This document shows, in pieces, positions 9,400 to 17,309 of a DNA stretch of 32,000 nucleotides; position 1 is the first letter of the stretch, and each line of letters begins with the position of its first letter. The notes beneath the pieces are model-generated. The model saw nothing but the letters and a program-made list of their open reading frames with translations, was not told where the DNA came from and did not search any database. The position numbers and the translations under genes are program-made. The stretch is from Vibrio vulnificus CMCP6 (lineage in GTDB: Bacteria > Pseudomonadota > Gammaproteobacteria > Enterobacterales > Vibrionaceae), in assembly GCF_000039765.1 (NCBI RefSeq), contig NC_004459.3:540001-572000 (forward strand). The letters are read 5' to 3'.

Positions 9400-9807
9400 T
9401 TATCTGATGCGCTGGTCAAACGGCCCCAGTGATTCTTTCCTTTCATCACTCAAGCAAGACACTAAAAAAAGCTCTCCTTGTTCAACAAAATAAATCGCGT
9501 TTTGTTTGAACTCTCTTGCTAAGTTTAGTGCGTAATTCAAATTTATCTCGACAGCAAAACTTTCTTCGCTCCAGCAGCACGCCTTATCGGCGACTAAAAC
9601 AGAACAAAAGCGTCGCGTATTAATCTTTGTTTTTAACTTCTGATTACTTATGCAATTCTCTTTTTTTGACTGCAAAATACTCGCAGGGTTCCATGCTGTA
9701 ATAATGGCGAAACGATCGCTTTGCCATTCATCATTAAAATGGAAAAAAGAGGCTGAATAGGCATGCCATAATGACGCATCTACAGTTGTTTCACCATTAT
9801 TTATCAT
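9400..9807 (-). CDS. Hypothetical protein, DUF3293-like
   Basis: 135 aa with GGAGA upstream of the ATG. The motifs FAIITAWNP and the C-terminal W.EESFAV...A..LAREFKQNAIYF resemble my memory of the DUF3293 family. The gene looks more A+T-rich than its neighbours by eye. Confidence 0.55.
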   Translation of the reverse strand: MINNGETTVDASLWHAYSASFFHFNDEWQSDRFAIITAWNPASILQSKKENCISNQKLKTKINTRRFCSVLVADKACCWSEESFAVEINLNYALNLAREFKQNAIYFVEQGELFLVSCLSDERKESLGPFDQRIR

Positions 9808-9844
9808 AAGTCTCCATCGATTAATAATTGTTACATTTCATCAA

Positions 9845-9858
9845 TTGATATAAATCAA
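9845..9858 (+). promoter_or_regulatory. Perfect FNR consensus box upstream of arcA
   Basis: TTGAT-ATAA-ATCAA matches TTGAT-N4-ATCAA at 10 of 10 positions. It lies in the divergent spacer between the DUF3293-like gene and arcA. Confidence 0.6.
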
Positions 9859-9886
9859 CAAAGTGAATGGAATTAACATTTGTTCA

Positions 9887-9915
9887 TTGTTAGCATGCTG
9901 TTAACATTATAGAAT
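9887..9915 (+). promoter_or_regulatory. Candidate arcA promoter overlapped by an ArcA-type direct repeat
   Basis: -35 TTGTTA (9887-9892), a 17-bp spacer, then -10 TAGAAT (9910-9915). TGTTA at 9888-9892 and TGTTA at 9899-9903 are 11 bp apart, which is the published ArcA-box geometry. The FNR box centre would then lie about 70 bp upstream of the predicted start. Confidence 0.4.
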
Positions 9916-9937
9916 CCGCACAAAAGCCTTGGGATGC

Positions 9938-9975
9938 TTACCTTTCCACACCAGACGAAAGGCGTCGAAAGGTAA
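9938..9975 (+). other. Structured element in the putative arcA 5' leader
   Basis: A 9-bp stem TTACCTTTC/GAAAGGTAA (9938-9946 with 9967-9975) encloses an inner 4-bp stem GACG/CGTC (9954-9957 with 9963-9966). GAAAGG occurs twice (9957-9962 and 9967-9972), and either copy can pair with CCTTTC (9941-9946). Confidence 0.4.
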
Positions 9976-10170
9976 ACAGACCCAGTAGAATAATCCAGTA
10001 ACAGTTGGACACTGTATACATTTGGCGAGAACCCACGGAAGGCAGATAACTTAAAGAAGTGTTTTTTTGATCACTTTGTTTTATTATCAAAAAATCATTA
10101 CCTGTATGTTATGTTTTTGCCTAGAATTTATTCTATTCGTACAATTTTGTCACAAATTTAGGTACCGCCA

Positions 10171-10887
10171 ATGCAAACCCCGCAGATTCTTATCGTCGAA
10201 GATGAGCAAGTAACTCGTAACACTCTTAAGAGTATTTTTGAAGCAGAGGGATATGCTGTATTTGAAGCCAGCAACGGTGATGAGATGCATCACATGCTGT
10301 CTGAAAATAGTATTAATCTGGTGATTATGGACATCAACCTGCCTGGTAAAAACGGCCTTCTTCTTGCCCGTGAACTCCGCGAGCAAGCCGATGTTGCTTT
10401 GATGTTCTTAACCGGTCGCGACAATGAAGTCGACAAGATTCTTGGCTTAGAAATCGGCGCAGATGATTACATCACGAAGCCATTTAATCCTCGCGAACTG
10501 ACGATCCGTGCTCGTAACCTGCTAAGCCGCTCTATGAGCAGCAGTGTTATGCCGGAAGAAAAACGTTCGGTTGAGAAATACGAATTTAACGGTTGGGTGT
10601 TGGATATCAACAGCCGCTCACTCATCAGCCCATCGGGTGATGGCTACAAACTGCCACGTTCAGAGTTCCGTGCATTGCTGCACTTCTGTGAAAACCCGGG
10701 CAAGATCCAAACTCGTGCCGATCTTCTGAAGAAGATGACGGGACGTGAACTTAAGCCGCACGATCGTACCGTTGACGTGACCATTCGTCGTATCCGTAAG
10801 CACTTTGAATCGGTATCTGGCACACCAGAAATCATCGCAACCATTCACGGTGAAGGCTACCGTTTCTGTGGTGATTTAGAAGCGTAA
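10171..10887 (+). CDS. arcA: Aerobic respiration control response regulator ArcA (OmpR family)
   Basis: Collinear and highly similar to E. coli ArcA ([28 protein letters not shown], [55 protein letters not shown]). Confidence 0.96.
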   Translation: MQTPQILIVEDEQVTRNTLKSIFEAEGYAVFEASNGDEMHHMLSENSINLVIMDINLPGKNGLLLARELREQADVALMFLTGRDNEVDKILGLEIGADDYITKPFNPRELTIRARNLLSRSMSSSVMPEEKRSVEKYEFNGWVLDINSRSLISPSGDGYKLPRSEFRALLHFCENPGKIQTRADLLKKMTGRELKPHDRTVDVTIRRIRKHFESVSGTPEIIATIHGEGYRFCGDLEA

Positions 10888-10902
10888 GCGCACCGCATAA
10901 AC

Positions 10903-10933
10903 AAAAAAAGGTTGGTGTTTACCAACCTTTTTT
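10903..10933. terminator. Bidirectional rho-independent terminator shared by arcA and the arcB-lipoprotein unit
   Basis: Stem AGGTTGGT/ACCAACCT (10909-10916 with 10921-10928) with loop GTTT, flanked by an A-run (10903-10909) and a T-run (10928-10933). Confidence 0.8.
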
Positions 10934-10959
10934 ATTTTGTCATGCCCTATCCGTTTGGC

Positions 10960-11409
10960 TTAAAACACTTTATCGATCGTAATGTTGCGCTCAACTAACC
11001 ATTCACGTTTACCGTGATTATCGAGCTCCACCAGCAAATCAACATTCTTTTCTGGATCAAAATTCGCTTGCCACACAAAGGCAATTTCCCATTTATTCTC
11101 ACTGTGCGTGCGCAATTCAAGCAAATCGCCATCAATTTTCCACTCTTGATCGCCTTGCTTAATCGTTAACTCACTCACTGTTAAGCTAGCTGGCAGATCG
11201 CGATCCGACGAGAGATACAAAGCACCATGCAGGTTATCTTGTTGCGATTCACCTAGCGTCGGCATCTGGTTGATCCAAAGGTTACTGGCCAGTTCAATGC
11301 GAGTATCAGCAATGGTGATACGATTATCTTGCTGCCAACTCACGTTTGGCTCGGAGGTGCATCCTACCAACAGCAATAGTGGCAGCAGTGCAATTAATGG
11401 TTTTTTCAT
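10960..11409 (-). CDS. Lipoprotein of unknown function, translationally coupled to arcB
   Basis: The signal peptide has a lipobox: MKKPLIALLPLLLLVG-C, with Thr at +2. The ATG lies 4 nt after the arcB TGA, and the SD (GAGGTG) is embedded in the arcB 3' end. Confidence 0.75.
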   Translation of the reverse strand: MKKPLIALLPLLLLVGCTSEPNVSWQQDNRITIADTRIELASNLWINQMPTLGESQQDNLHGALYLSSDRDLPASLTVSELTIKQGDQEWKIDGDLLELRTHSENKWEIAFVWQANFDPEKNVDLLVELDNHGKREWLVERNITIDKVF

Positions 11410-11413
11410 TTCT

Positions 11414-13756
11414 TCACCTCTGTTCTAACCAACTCTTCAATATCTGAATATCATTTTGATACTCATTCTTGATTTCTTCTACCCAGTCCGCGATATTTTC
11501 CCACCATGCGGGCATGTCTGGAGATTGCGCTTTTTGCGCAACGCTTTGAATTCGTTTCAACCCGATCGAACCCGCCGCTCCCTTGATTTTATGCGCTTCG
11601 GAAACAATCCCAGGTTGATCTTTTGCAATCATATTGGAATCGAGTATTTCAAGGTATTCAGGCATCATCTCTTCAAACATACGAATGCTATCGAGGACGG
11701 GCTGCGGTCCAACAATCTCTACGTAGGATTCAAGCATCACCAGATCCAAAATATGATTCTCTACATGGCTGGTTGTGATCTCAACAACTTCTGCCTCTTC
11801 CATCTCGATCGTGGTGCTTTCTTGTTTGATGATCAGTTTTTCAATCACATCTTGAATTGCCTGTACCGCAAGTGGCTTGCTAATGGCTTCATCCATGCCA
11901 TTGTCTAGATACTCTCGTTTATCTTTCAATACGTTGGCAGTGAGAGCAACCAGCGGTGGCAATTGGCTATAGTGTTTGCGATAGTACGCAGCGACATCAA
12001 ACCCCGTCATATCCGGCAGTTGGATATCCAGTAACACCAAATCGTAGCGGCTCGGGTCAAAGGAGCGTATCGCCTCGTCCCCTGTCATCGCAACCGTCAC
12101 TTTGTGGCCGAGACTTTCAAGTAGAGAGCGAGCAACGGTGACGTTGAGTGCAATGTCTTCCACCATAAAGATACTGAGATGGAGCTGGGTTTTCGGTTTG
12201 TCCACAGTCGATGGTGCAGATTCAATCACAGGAACGTGAATCGAAATAGTGAACGTACTACCAAAGCCTTCCTCACTGCTGACGGTAATATCGCCGTCCA
12301 TCATGTTGATCAGCTGGCGTGAAACCGCCAAACCAATCCCGGTTCCAACGGCATGCAAGTTATCTTTACCCGATTTGACTTGGTAGTACATGGCAAAAAT
12401 CTTATCCAGTTCCGCTTCTGGAATCCCGATCCCTGTATCTTCTACTTCAATAATGATGGTGGCAAAATCCTCTTCCACTTCGGAACTCACCGTCATGACC
12501 ACTCCGCCCTCTTTGGTAAACTTCATCGCATTGCTGATGAGATTCCAAATGACTTGGCGCAAGCGCGTGGCATCCACCTCGATGGCTTTAGGCAGTTCAC
12601 TCAGACGCTCTAAATCAAATCGCAATCCTTTTTGTTCTGCCATAAGTGCCGAAATGCTTTCGATTTCTGCGACAAAATCTTCAAAGTTAAGCGGAGCGGG
12701 TAACAGCTCTAATTTGCGGCGATCAAACTTGTCCATATCAATGATGTCATTGAATATATTACCTAAGGTGATCGCGCTGACATTGATGGTTTGCATGTAC
12801 TTGCGCTGCTCATCGGTTAAGCGCGTATCCAATAACATACGACTTAAACCAACAATGCCGTTAAGTGGGGTTCTAAGCTCGTGACTAATGGTTGAAATGA
12901 ACGTGGTTTTATCGCGGCTCGCTTTTTCCAATGATTCTTCATGGCGCTTACGTTCTGTAATGTCACGGCCAAAGCCAACCAATCCTAGGTGACGCCCATC
13001 TTTGCTGTAAAACGGCACTTTACGCAGCTCAAAGTAGTGTTTTCTACCATCTGGGTATTCAAGCCACTGCTCGTAAGTCAAAGCGCGATTATTGGCAAAA
13101 ACTTGCTGATCCGTATCGACAATTTGTTGAGCAACTTCCTTGCTGTAAACATCCCAAGGGCTTAAGCCGACCAATTGATGCTCTTTCTTGCCAGTCAACT
13201 CTTCCATCGCTCGGTTACAACCAGAGAACACCCCCTCGGCATTGCGGTAGTAAATCAAATCCGGAGAGGCATCAATAAAAGAGCGCAATAACGCCGTACG
13301 CTCCGCAAGTTCCACTTGGGTCCGTTCCCGTTGAAACACCTCGTTTTCGAGATCTTTCATTGCCTCTTCTCTGGCTTCTTCGGCGCGAATACGTTCTTCG
13401 ATCTCTTGGTTCAATTGCTCGATGTTCTGTTGCAACTGAACATTAAGCTCTTGATCTCGTGAACGCATATCTTTCAATTTAGAAACCAATTTTGAGAGAC
13501 GCTGGCGTGACTCTTCCAATTGATCCACCACCACTGACAAGAAATAAACCGCCCAAGGAGTAATGAGCAAACCGAAAAAGACTGAGCGGACAATATCGAT
13601 ATCATCCACATTACCTTTCAGCACCAAGGTGATGCCCACTTGGACCACCACAGCTAATGCAACCAACGCCAAGGCTAGCAACATCGAAAAACGCACAATC
13701 CCCAGCTTAACCAGTAGATCAACGTAATACTGGGCAAGGTTTTTCATCGGTTTCAT
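11414..13756 (-). CDS. arcB: Tripartite hybrid sensor kinase ArcB
   Basis: Collinear with E. coli ArcB. It has two N-terminal TM segments, a PAS domain (FSGCNRAME), the H-box SHELRTPLNG, a receiver domain (LVLLDIQLPDMTG) and an HPt domain (EAHKIKGAAGS). Confidence 0.96.
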   Translation of the reverse strand: MKPMKNLAQYYVDLLVKLGIVRFSMLLALALVALAVVVQVGITLVLKGNVDDIDIVRSVFFGLLITPWAVYFLSVVVDQLEESRQRLSKLVSKLKDMRSRDQELNVQLQQNIEQLNQEIEERIRAEEAREEAMKDLENEVFQRERTQVELAERTALLRSFIDASPDLIYYRNAEGVFSGCNRAMEELTGKKEHQLVGLSPWDVYSKEVAQQIVDTDQQVFANNRALTYEQWLEYPDGRKHYFELRKVPFYSKDGRHLGLVGFGRDITERKRHEESLEKASRDKTTFISTISHELRTPLNGIVGLSRMLLDTRLTDEQRKYMQTINVSAITLGNIFNDIIDMDKFDRRKLELLPAPLNFEDFVAEIESISALMAEQKGLRFDLERLSELPKAIEVDATRLRQVIWNLISNAMKFTKEGGVVMTVSSEVEEDFATIIIEVEDTGIGIPEAELDKIFAMYYQVKSGKDNLHAVGTGIGLAVSRQLINMMDGDITVSSEEGFGSTFTISIHVPVIESAPSTVDKPKTQLHLSIFMVEDIALNVTVARSLLESLGHKVTVAMTGDEAIRSFDPSRYDLVLLDIQLPDMTGFDVAAYYRKHYSQLPPLVALTANVLKDKREYLDNGMDEAISKPLAVQAIQDVIEKLIIKQESTTIEMEEAEVVEITTSHVENHILDLVMLESYVEIVGPQPVLDSIRMFEEMMPEYLEILDSNMIAKDQPGIVSEAHKIKGAAGSIGLKRIQSVAQKAQSPDMPAWWENIADWVEEIKNEYQNDIQILKSWLEQR

Positions 13757-13986
13757 TTAATGCTCCAAAAGATGAGAGGACAACCTGAACGAGTGAAGTC
13801 GTTGGCAACATTAGCATTTAATGCCGTGCAAACATCGAACAGACCATGTAATGAAAATGGCGATCGCGGCACGTTTCAACATCAAATTCACGCACTTAGT
13901 TTAGCTTGTTTACCCTTGAGGGTTAAGCTATTGAAATCACAACAAGCGCAATCAATAGAAAATCAGTTGGCGTGAGGGGGATTACC

Positions 13987-15762
13987 CTATGCCAAAGTGG
14001 ACGGCGATTCGCCAGAAGAGAGAGAAATAGGATGAACACAAGTGCGATTCCGGCCATCTGATTTGGCTTGATAAAGCGCGCTATCAGCAAGCGCCACTCC
14101 CATATCAGGGACATCTTCGGGGGAGGGAATGTAAGAAACCAAACCAATACTGATGGTCACTCGCCCTGCAATCTTGGAACCTTGATGGGCTATGTTGCTT
14201 TCAGCGATGTAAGCGTGGATCTTCTCCGCCACTTTCAAAGCCCCTTCTGCCGTAGTGTTGGGCAACAATAGAGCAAACTCCTCGCCACCATAGCGCGCAA
14301 CACAGTCAGACGAGCGGCTGACAACTTGACTAAAAACGGTCGCAACTTGGATTAGCGCCTCATCTCCTGCTTGATGGCCATAGCGATCATTGAACTCTTT
14401 GAAGAAATCAATATCGCAGAGCATGATGGTCAGCGGCAATTTTTCTCGGGCATGGTGGAACCACAGAGTATTCAGTTGCTCATCAAAACGGCGACGGTTG
14501 GACACTTGAGTTAAGCTGTCCATAAAGCTCAATTTTTCTAGCTCTAGGTTTGCGGCTTCCAATTTCTGCTCGGCGAGATAACGCTCAGAGATATCGCGTG
14601 CCATGATCAAGACACCGTTGGTCCCTGAAGCGGGATCGCGAAACGGTGACTTCACTACGTCATACCAAGCGTATTCTCCATTACTGTCGAGCACTTTATC
14701 GATATAACGCAGCGACTTACCTTCGTGCAACACCTGGCTGTCCGTCACAGAGAGGCGTTGGTACATCTCGCCGGGAACCACATCTTGCAAACGCTTACCG
14801 ATGAGATCATTCACGTCCGCGATACCCAGAGCTCGCACGAATGGCTCGTTACACGCTTGATACACCAGATTCTCATTGAAGATGCCGATCGAGTCAGGGC
14901 TGGCTTCCAAAATGTTTTGTAAGATGGTATCTCGCTGTGCCAACGCCACCTCGGTATCTTTGCGGCGCTCCATCTCATCTCGTAGATTTTGCTGCATGGC
15001 ATGCCACTCTGTTACATCGTGGCTGATGCTAAGAGTGCCAATCGGCTCACCCGCTTTGGTCATTAATAAACTTTGATTAACTTCCAACAAACAACTGCGC
15101 CCTTGCGGATCAGTCGTCCAGCGGCGTTCGCTTTGACGACCTTTCATCAGGCGACTTTCCGGCATAATCGCTTCATCTCTCCGCCCTTCCCAGAACAGTT
15201 CAAAAGCGCGGTTGGTGGCCAGAATTTTGCCGTCATTGTCTTTCAGGCAGATCAGTTCGCTTAGCGAATCTAACGCTGATTGCGCCACTAAGAAGGCATC
15301 GAGATCGTCCATATGACGAGAGCGATTCGAAGGATTTAATTGGATATTCAGTAGCCAGCAGTGCTGACCACGGTAGTAAACTTTGCGGCCACTTAACGCC
15401 ACGTCAAGATGCTCATGTTCCGACGCTTGCCAGGCGAATGCAAGCTGACTGAACTGACGCCCAGAGAGTGAGGTTAACGAATTGGACAACTGTTCAATGG
15501 CGAACGTCGCCGGAAAAAGATACGTTCGATTAAGCTGACGAACCCCAAGCTGCTGCATTGCCGCACTGTTTGCCAATAGAACATGCTGCCCAGTGAGATC
15601 GACTAATAAGACTGGGGACATCAAATCGAGAATCAGCGTATCAAGCTCTCGTTGATAGCGAAGATGCAGTAGCCGAGCCACAACATAGCCGAACACCGCC
15701 ATTAAAATAATCGCGCCGTAATGCTCTGCGAGGTGTGCTATCCATGCAAACTGCTTGTCCAT
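13987..15762 (-). CDS. Membrane-anchored multi-PAS diguanylate cyclase (GGDEF domain)
   Basis: One N-terminal TM helix (AIILMAVFGYVVARLL) is followed by repeated PAS-like segments. The GGDEF domain has the active site RYGGEEF and an RxxD I-site (RSSD) five residues upstream. The start was chosen at MDKQFAW (ATG at 15760-15762, weak SD). The track start at 15825 has no SD and would overlap yhcC by 22 nt. Confidence 0.88.
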   Translation of the reverse strand: MDKQFAWIAHLAEHYGAIILMAVFGYVVARLLHLRYQRELDTLILDLMSPVLLVDLTGQHVLLANSAAMQQLGVRQLNRTYLFPATFAIEQLSNSLTSLSGRQFSQLAFAWQASEHEHLDVALSGRKVYYRGQHCWLLNIQLNPSNRSRHMDDLDAFLVAQSALDSLSELICLKDNDGKILATNRAFELFWEGRRDEAIMPESRLMKGRQSERRWTTDPQGRSCLLEVNQSLLMTKAGEPIGTLSISHDVTEWHAMQQNLRDEMERRKDTEVALAQRDTILQNILEASPDSIGIFNENLVYQACNEPFVRALGIADVNDLIGKRLQDVVPGEMYQRLSVTDSQVLHEGKSLRYIDKVLDSNGEYAWYDVVKSPFRDPASGTNGVLIMARDISERYLAEQKLEAANLELEKLSFMDSLTQVSNRRRFDEQLNTLWFHHAREKLPLTIMLCDIDFFKEFNDRYGHQAGDEALIQVATVFSQVVSRSSDCVARYGGEEFALLLPNTTAEGALKVAEKIHAYIAESNIAHQGSKIAGRVTISIGLVSYIPSPEDVPDMGVALADSALYQAKSDGRNRTCVHPISLSSGESPSTLA

Positions 15763-15803
15763 TCTCACTCTTAGATGAATTGTGTGTGCGGCGACTATAC
15801 CAA

Positions 15804-16760
15804 CTATTGAGGGTGAATTCCGCATTTTAATTGCGGTTTAGTATAGACAAAAGAATGGCCAAGCGCACTGCCCTGTCCGCCATGCTGAGCAAGGTATTGA
15901 CCGATTGCAGTCATGGCTAACCAGCGATTTTCACACCATAAAGGCGATAGCAATGTCGGACGACGAGCGGCTGAAGAGACTCGGTGGAAAATCACCTCTG
16001 GCGGTGTTCGGCGAATCATTTCGCAGGCAATCTCGACATATTGCTCCAATTCTGGTGCATCCAACTTACCCGCACGCCAAGCTTTGGCCATGGTACTGCC
16101 TTCAACAATATGCAAACCGTGTAACTTGATGCCATCCGCACCGACCTCAATCACTTTTTCTAAGGTGGCGAAGTTATCGTCTCGAGACTCTTTTGGTAAC
16201 CCAACGATCAAATGCGTACATACTTTGATGCCCAAGGCACGGGCTCGCTGAGTGATCTCTGCATAGCATTCAAAATCGTGTCCACGATTGATCCGCTTCA
16301 AGGTGCTATTGCTGGCCGTTTGCAGCCCCAACTCCAGCCAAATTTCATAACCTTGCTGCACGTAATCCGAGAGCAAGTCTAATACCGCATCTGGCACACA
16401 ATCTGGGCGAGTCCCGACACAAAGACCGACAATATCCGCGGCTTTCAACGCCTCTTCATACATGTTTTTCAGCACCTGCACTTCAGCATAGGTGCTGGTG
16501 TAAGCTTGAAAATAGGCTAAGTACTTCTTCGCGCGATGCACCTCTCCCGCTCGTTCGGTCAATTGCTCTCGAATACTTTTGACTTGAGCTTGCTCATCAG
16601 CGAACGACGCCACATTGCAGAAAGTACAACCACCACGGCCGATCGTGCCATCACGATTTGGACAGCTAAACCCTCCATGAAGCGTCAATTTATGCACTTT
16701 TTCTCCATATCGACGCTGAAGATCCTGACCAATCGTATTCACTAGCTCATGTAATTGCAT
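15804..16760 (-). CDS. yhcC: Radical SAM protein, YhcC/TIGR01212-type
   Basis: The sequence from MQLHELVNTIGQDLQRRYGEKVHKLTLHGGFSCPNRDGTIGRGGCTFCNVASF onward matches the E. coli YhcC N-terminus. GGTGG lies 6 nt upstream of the ATG at 16758-16760. It is divergent from gltB, as in E. coli. Confidence 0.88.
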   Translation of the reverse strand: MQLHELVNTIGQDLQRRYGEKVHKLTLHGGFSCPNRDGTIGRGGCTFCNVASFADEQAQVKSIREQLTERAGEVHRAKKYLAYFQAYTSTYAEVQVLKNMYEEALKAADIVGLCVGTRPDCVPDAVLDLLSDYVQQGYEIWLELGLQTASNSTLKRINRGHDFECYAEITQRARALGIKVCTHLIVGLPKESRDDNFATLEKVIEVGADGIKLHGLHIVEGSTMAKAWRAGKLDAPELEQYVEIACEMIRRTPPEVIFHRVSSAARRPTLLSPLWCENRWLAMTAIGQYLAQHGGQGSALGHSFVYTKPQLKCGIHPQ

Positions 16761-17038
16761 TGAAAACCACCAATTGTAAACCGCAATCAATCTCACTACG
16801 GTTTATGTAAATTAATTACACACCTGCAAGAAAAAACACAAAATTTTAGTGAATTCAAACGAAGCTTTTCATGGCAAAAATCAATAAACATGCATAAATA
16901 AAAGCAAAACAAGCCAATGTTGCATATTTGTTAAACAATAAGTGCATTTTTAAACAAGAATTTTGCCTAACTCTGGTTACTTTTCGTTGCATTCCTTAGT
17001 CACAAAATTGTAGGATACTTACACATAACCGTCATTTT

Positions 17039-17054
17039 TGTGAGCTTTATTACA
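17039..17054. promoter_or_regulatory. CRP-like site in the yhcC/gltB-1 divergent spacer
   Basis: TGTGA-GCTTTA-TTACA matches TGTGA-N6-TCACA at 9 of 10 positions. CRP is known to act at E. coli gltBDF. Confidence 0.35.
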
Positions 17055-17309
17055 AAATCAAATGCGGAATATGTCTGCGATAAGCCACTCCAACCTATAT
17101 AAATCACTAAAAAGTGACCAATAAAACAGGCTTATCACCAAGGATTGTTTTTCCCACAAAATTTTTCCTGTGGGATACGGAAAGGACTCAAAATCAACCC
17201 CCTCTGGTTGATTGCGATTCAAAACTATAAAGGACAAGGTGCTCAACCCGAGAATGCGATCTCATCGTATTGGTGTTGCTGCGCCTTCTAGAACTGGAAG
17301 GAAGTATCT

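Noticed and set aside
10106-10213. 35-codon upstream ORF (MLCFCLEFILF...) overlapping the arcA start out of frame.
   Set aside because: It has no SD, its hydrophobic, low-complexity sequence is what AT-rich DNA tends to produce, and nothing supports translation.
10903-11413. Looked for an ArcZ-like sRNA convergent with the arcB 3' end, where arcZ lies in E. coli.
   Set aside because: The position is occupied by the lipoprotein CDS and the shared terminator. I cannot recall the ArcZ sequence well enough to exclude a homologue elsewhere, so I make no claim.
11456-12884. Plus-strand ORFs of 150, 61, 86 and 164 aa inside arcB.
   Set aside because: These are antisense shadow frames of a well-supported gene. 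They have low-complexity composition and no SD or family resemblance.
13860-13867. GCGATCGC palindrome (HIP1-like) in the arcB upstream spacer.
   Set aside because: It is a single 8-bp occurrence and is not iterated anywhere else that I could see.
13904-13928. Imperfect hairpin after the GGDEF gene stop, considered as a terminator.
   Set aside because: The stems are interrupted 4 + 4 bp and no U-tract follows on the minus strand. This is not enough to call termination.
17152-17212. Two 7-bp hairpins in the gltB-1 leader (TCCCACA/TGTGGGA at 17152-17175 and ATCAACC/GGTTGAT at 17193-17212), considered as an attenuator or riboswitch.
   Set aside because: The stems are short, there is no U-tract and no leader peptide, and I recognise no known class. 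They are noted only as possible mRNA structure.
16797-17309. Search for a sigma-54 (TGGCAC-N5-TTGCA) promoter and NtrC-type sites upstream of gltB-1, and likewise at 23426-23746 for gltB-2.
   Set aside because: TTGCA occurs at 16918-16922 and 23447-23451, but neither copy has GG at the required -24 position, so there is no credible -24/-12 element.
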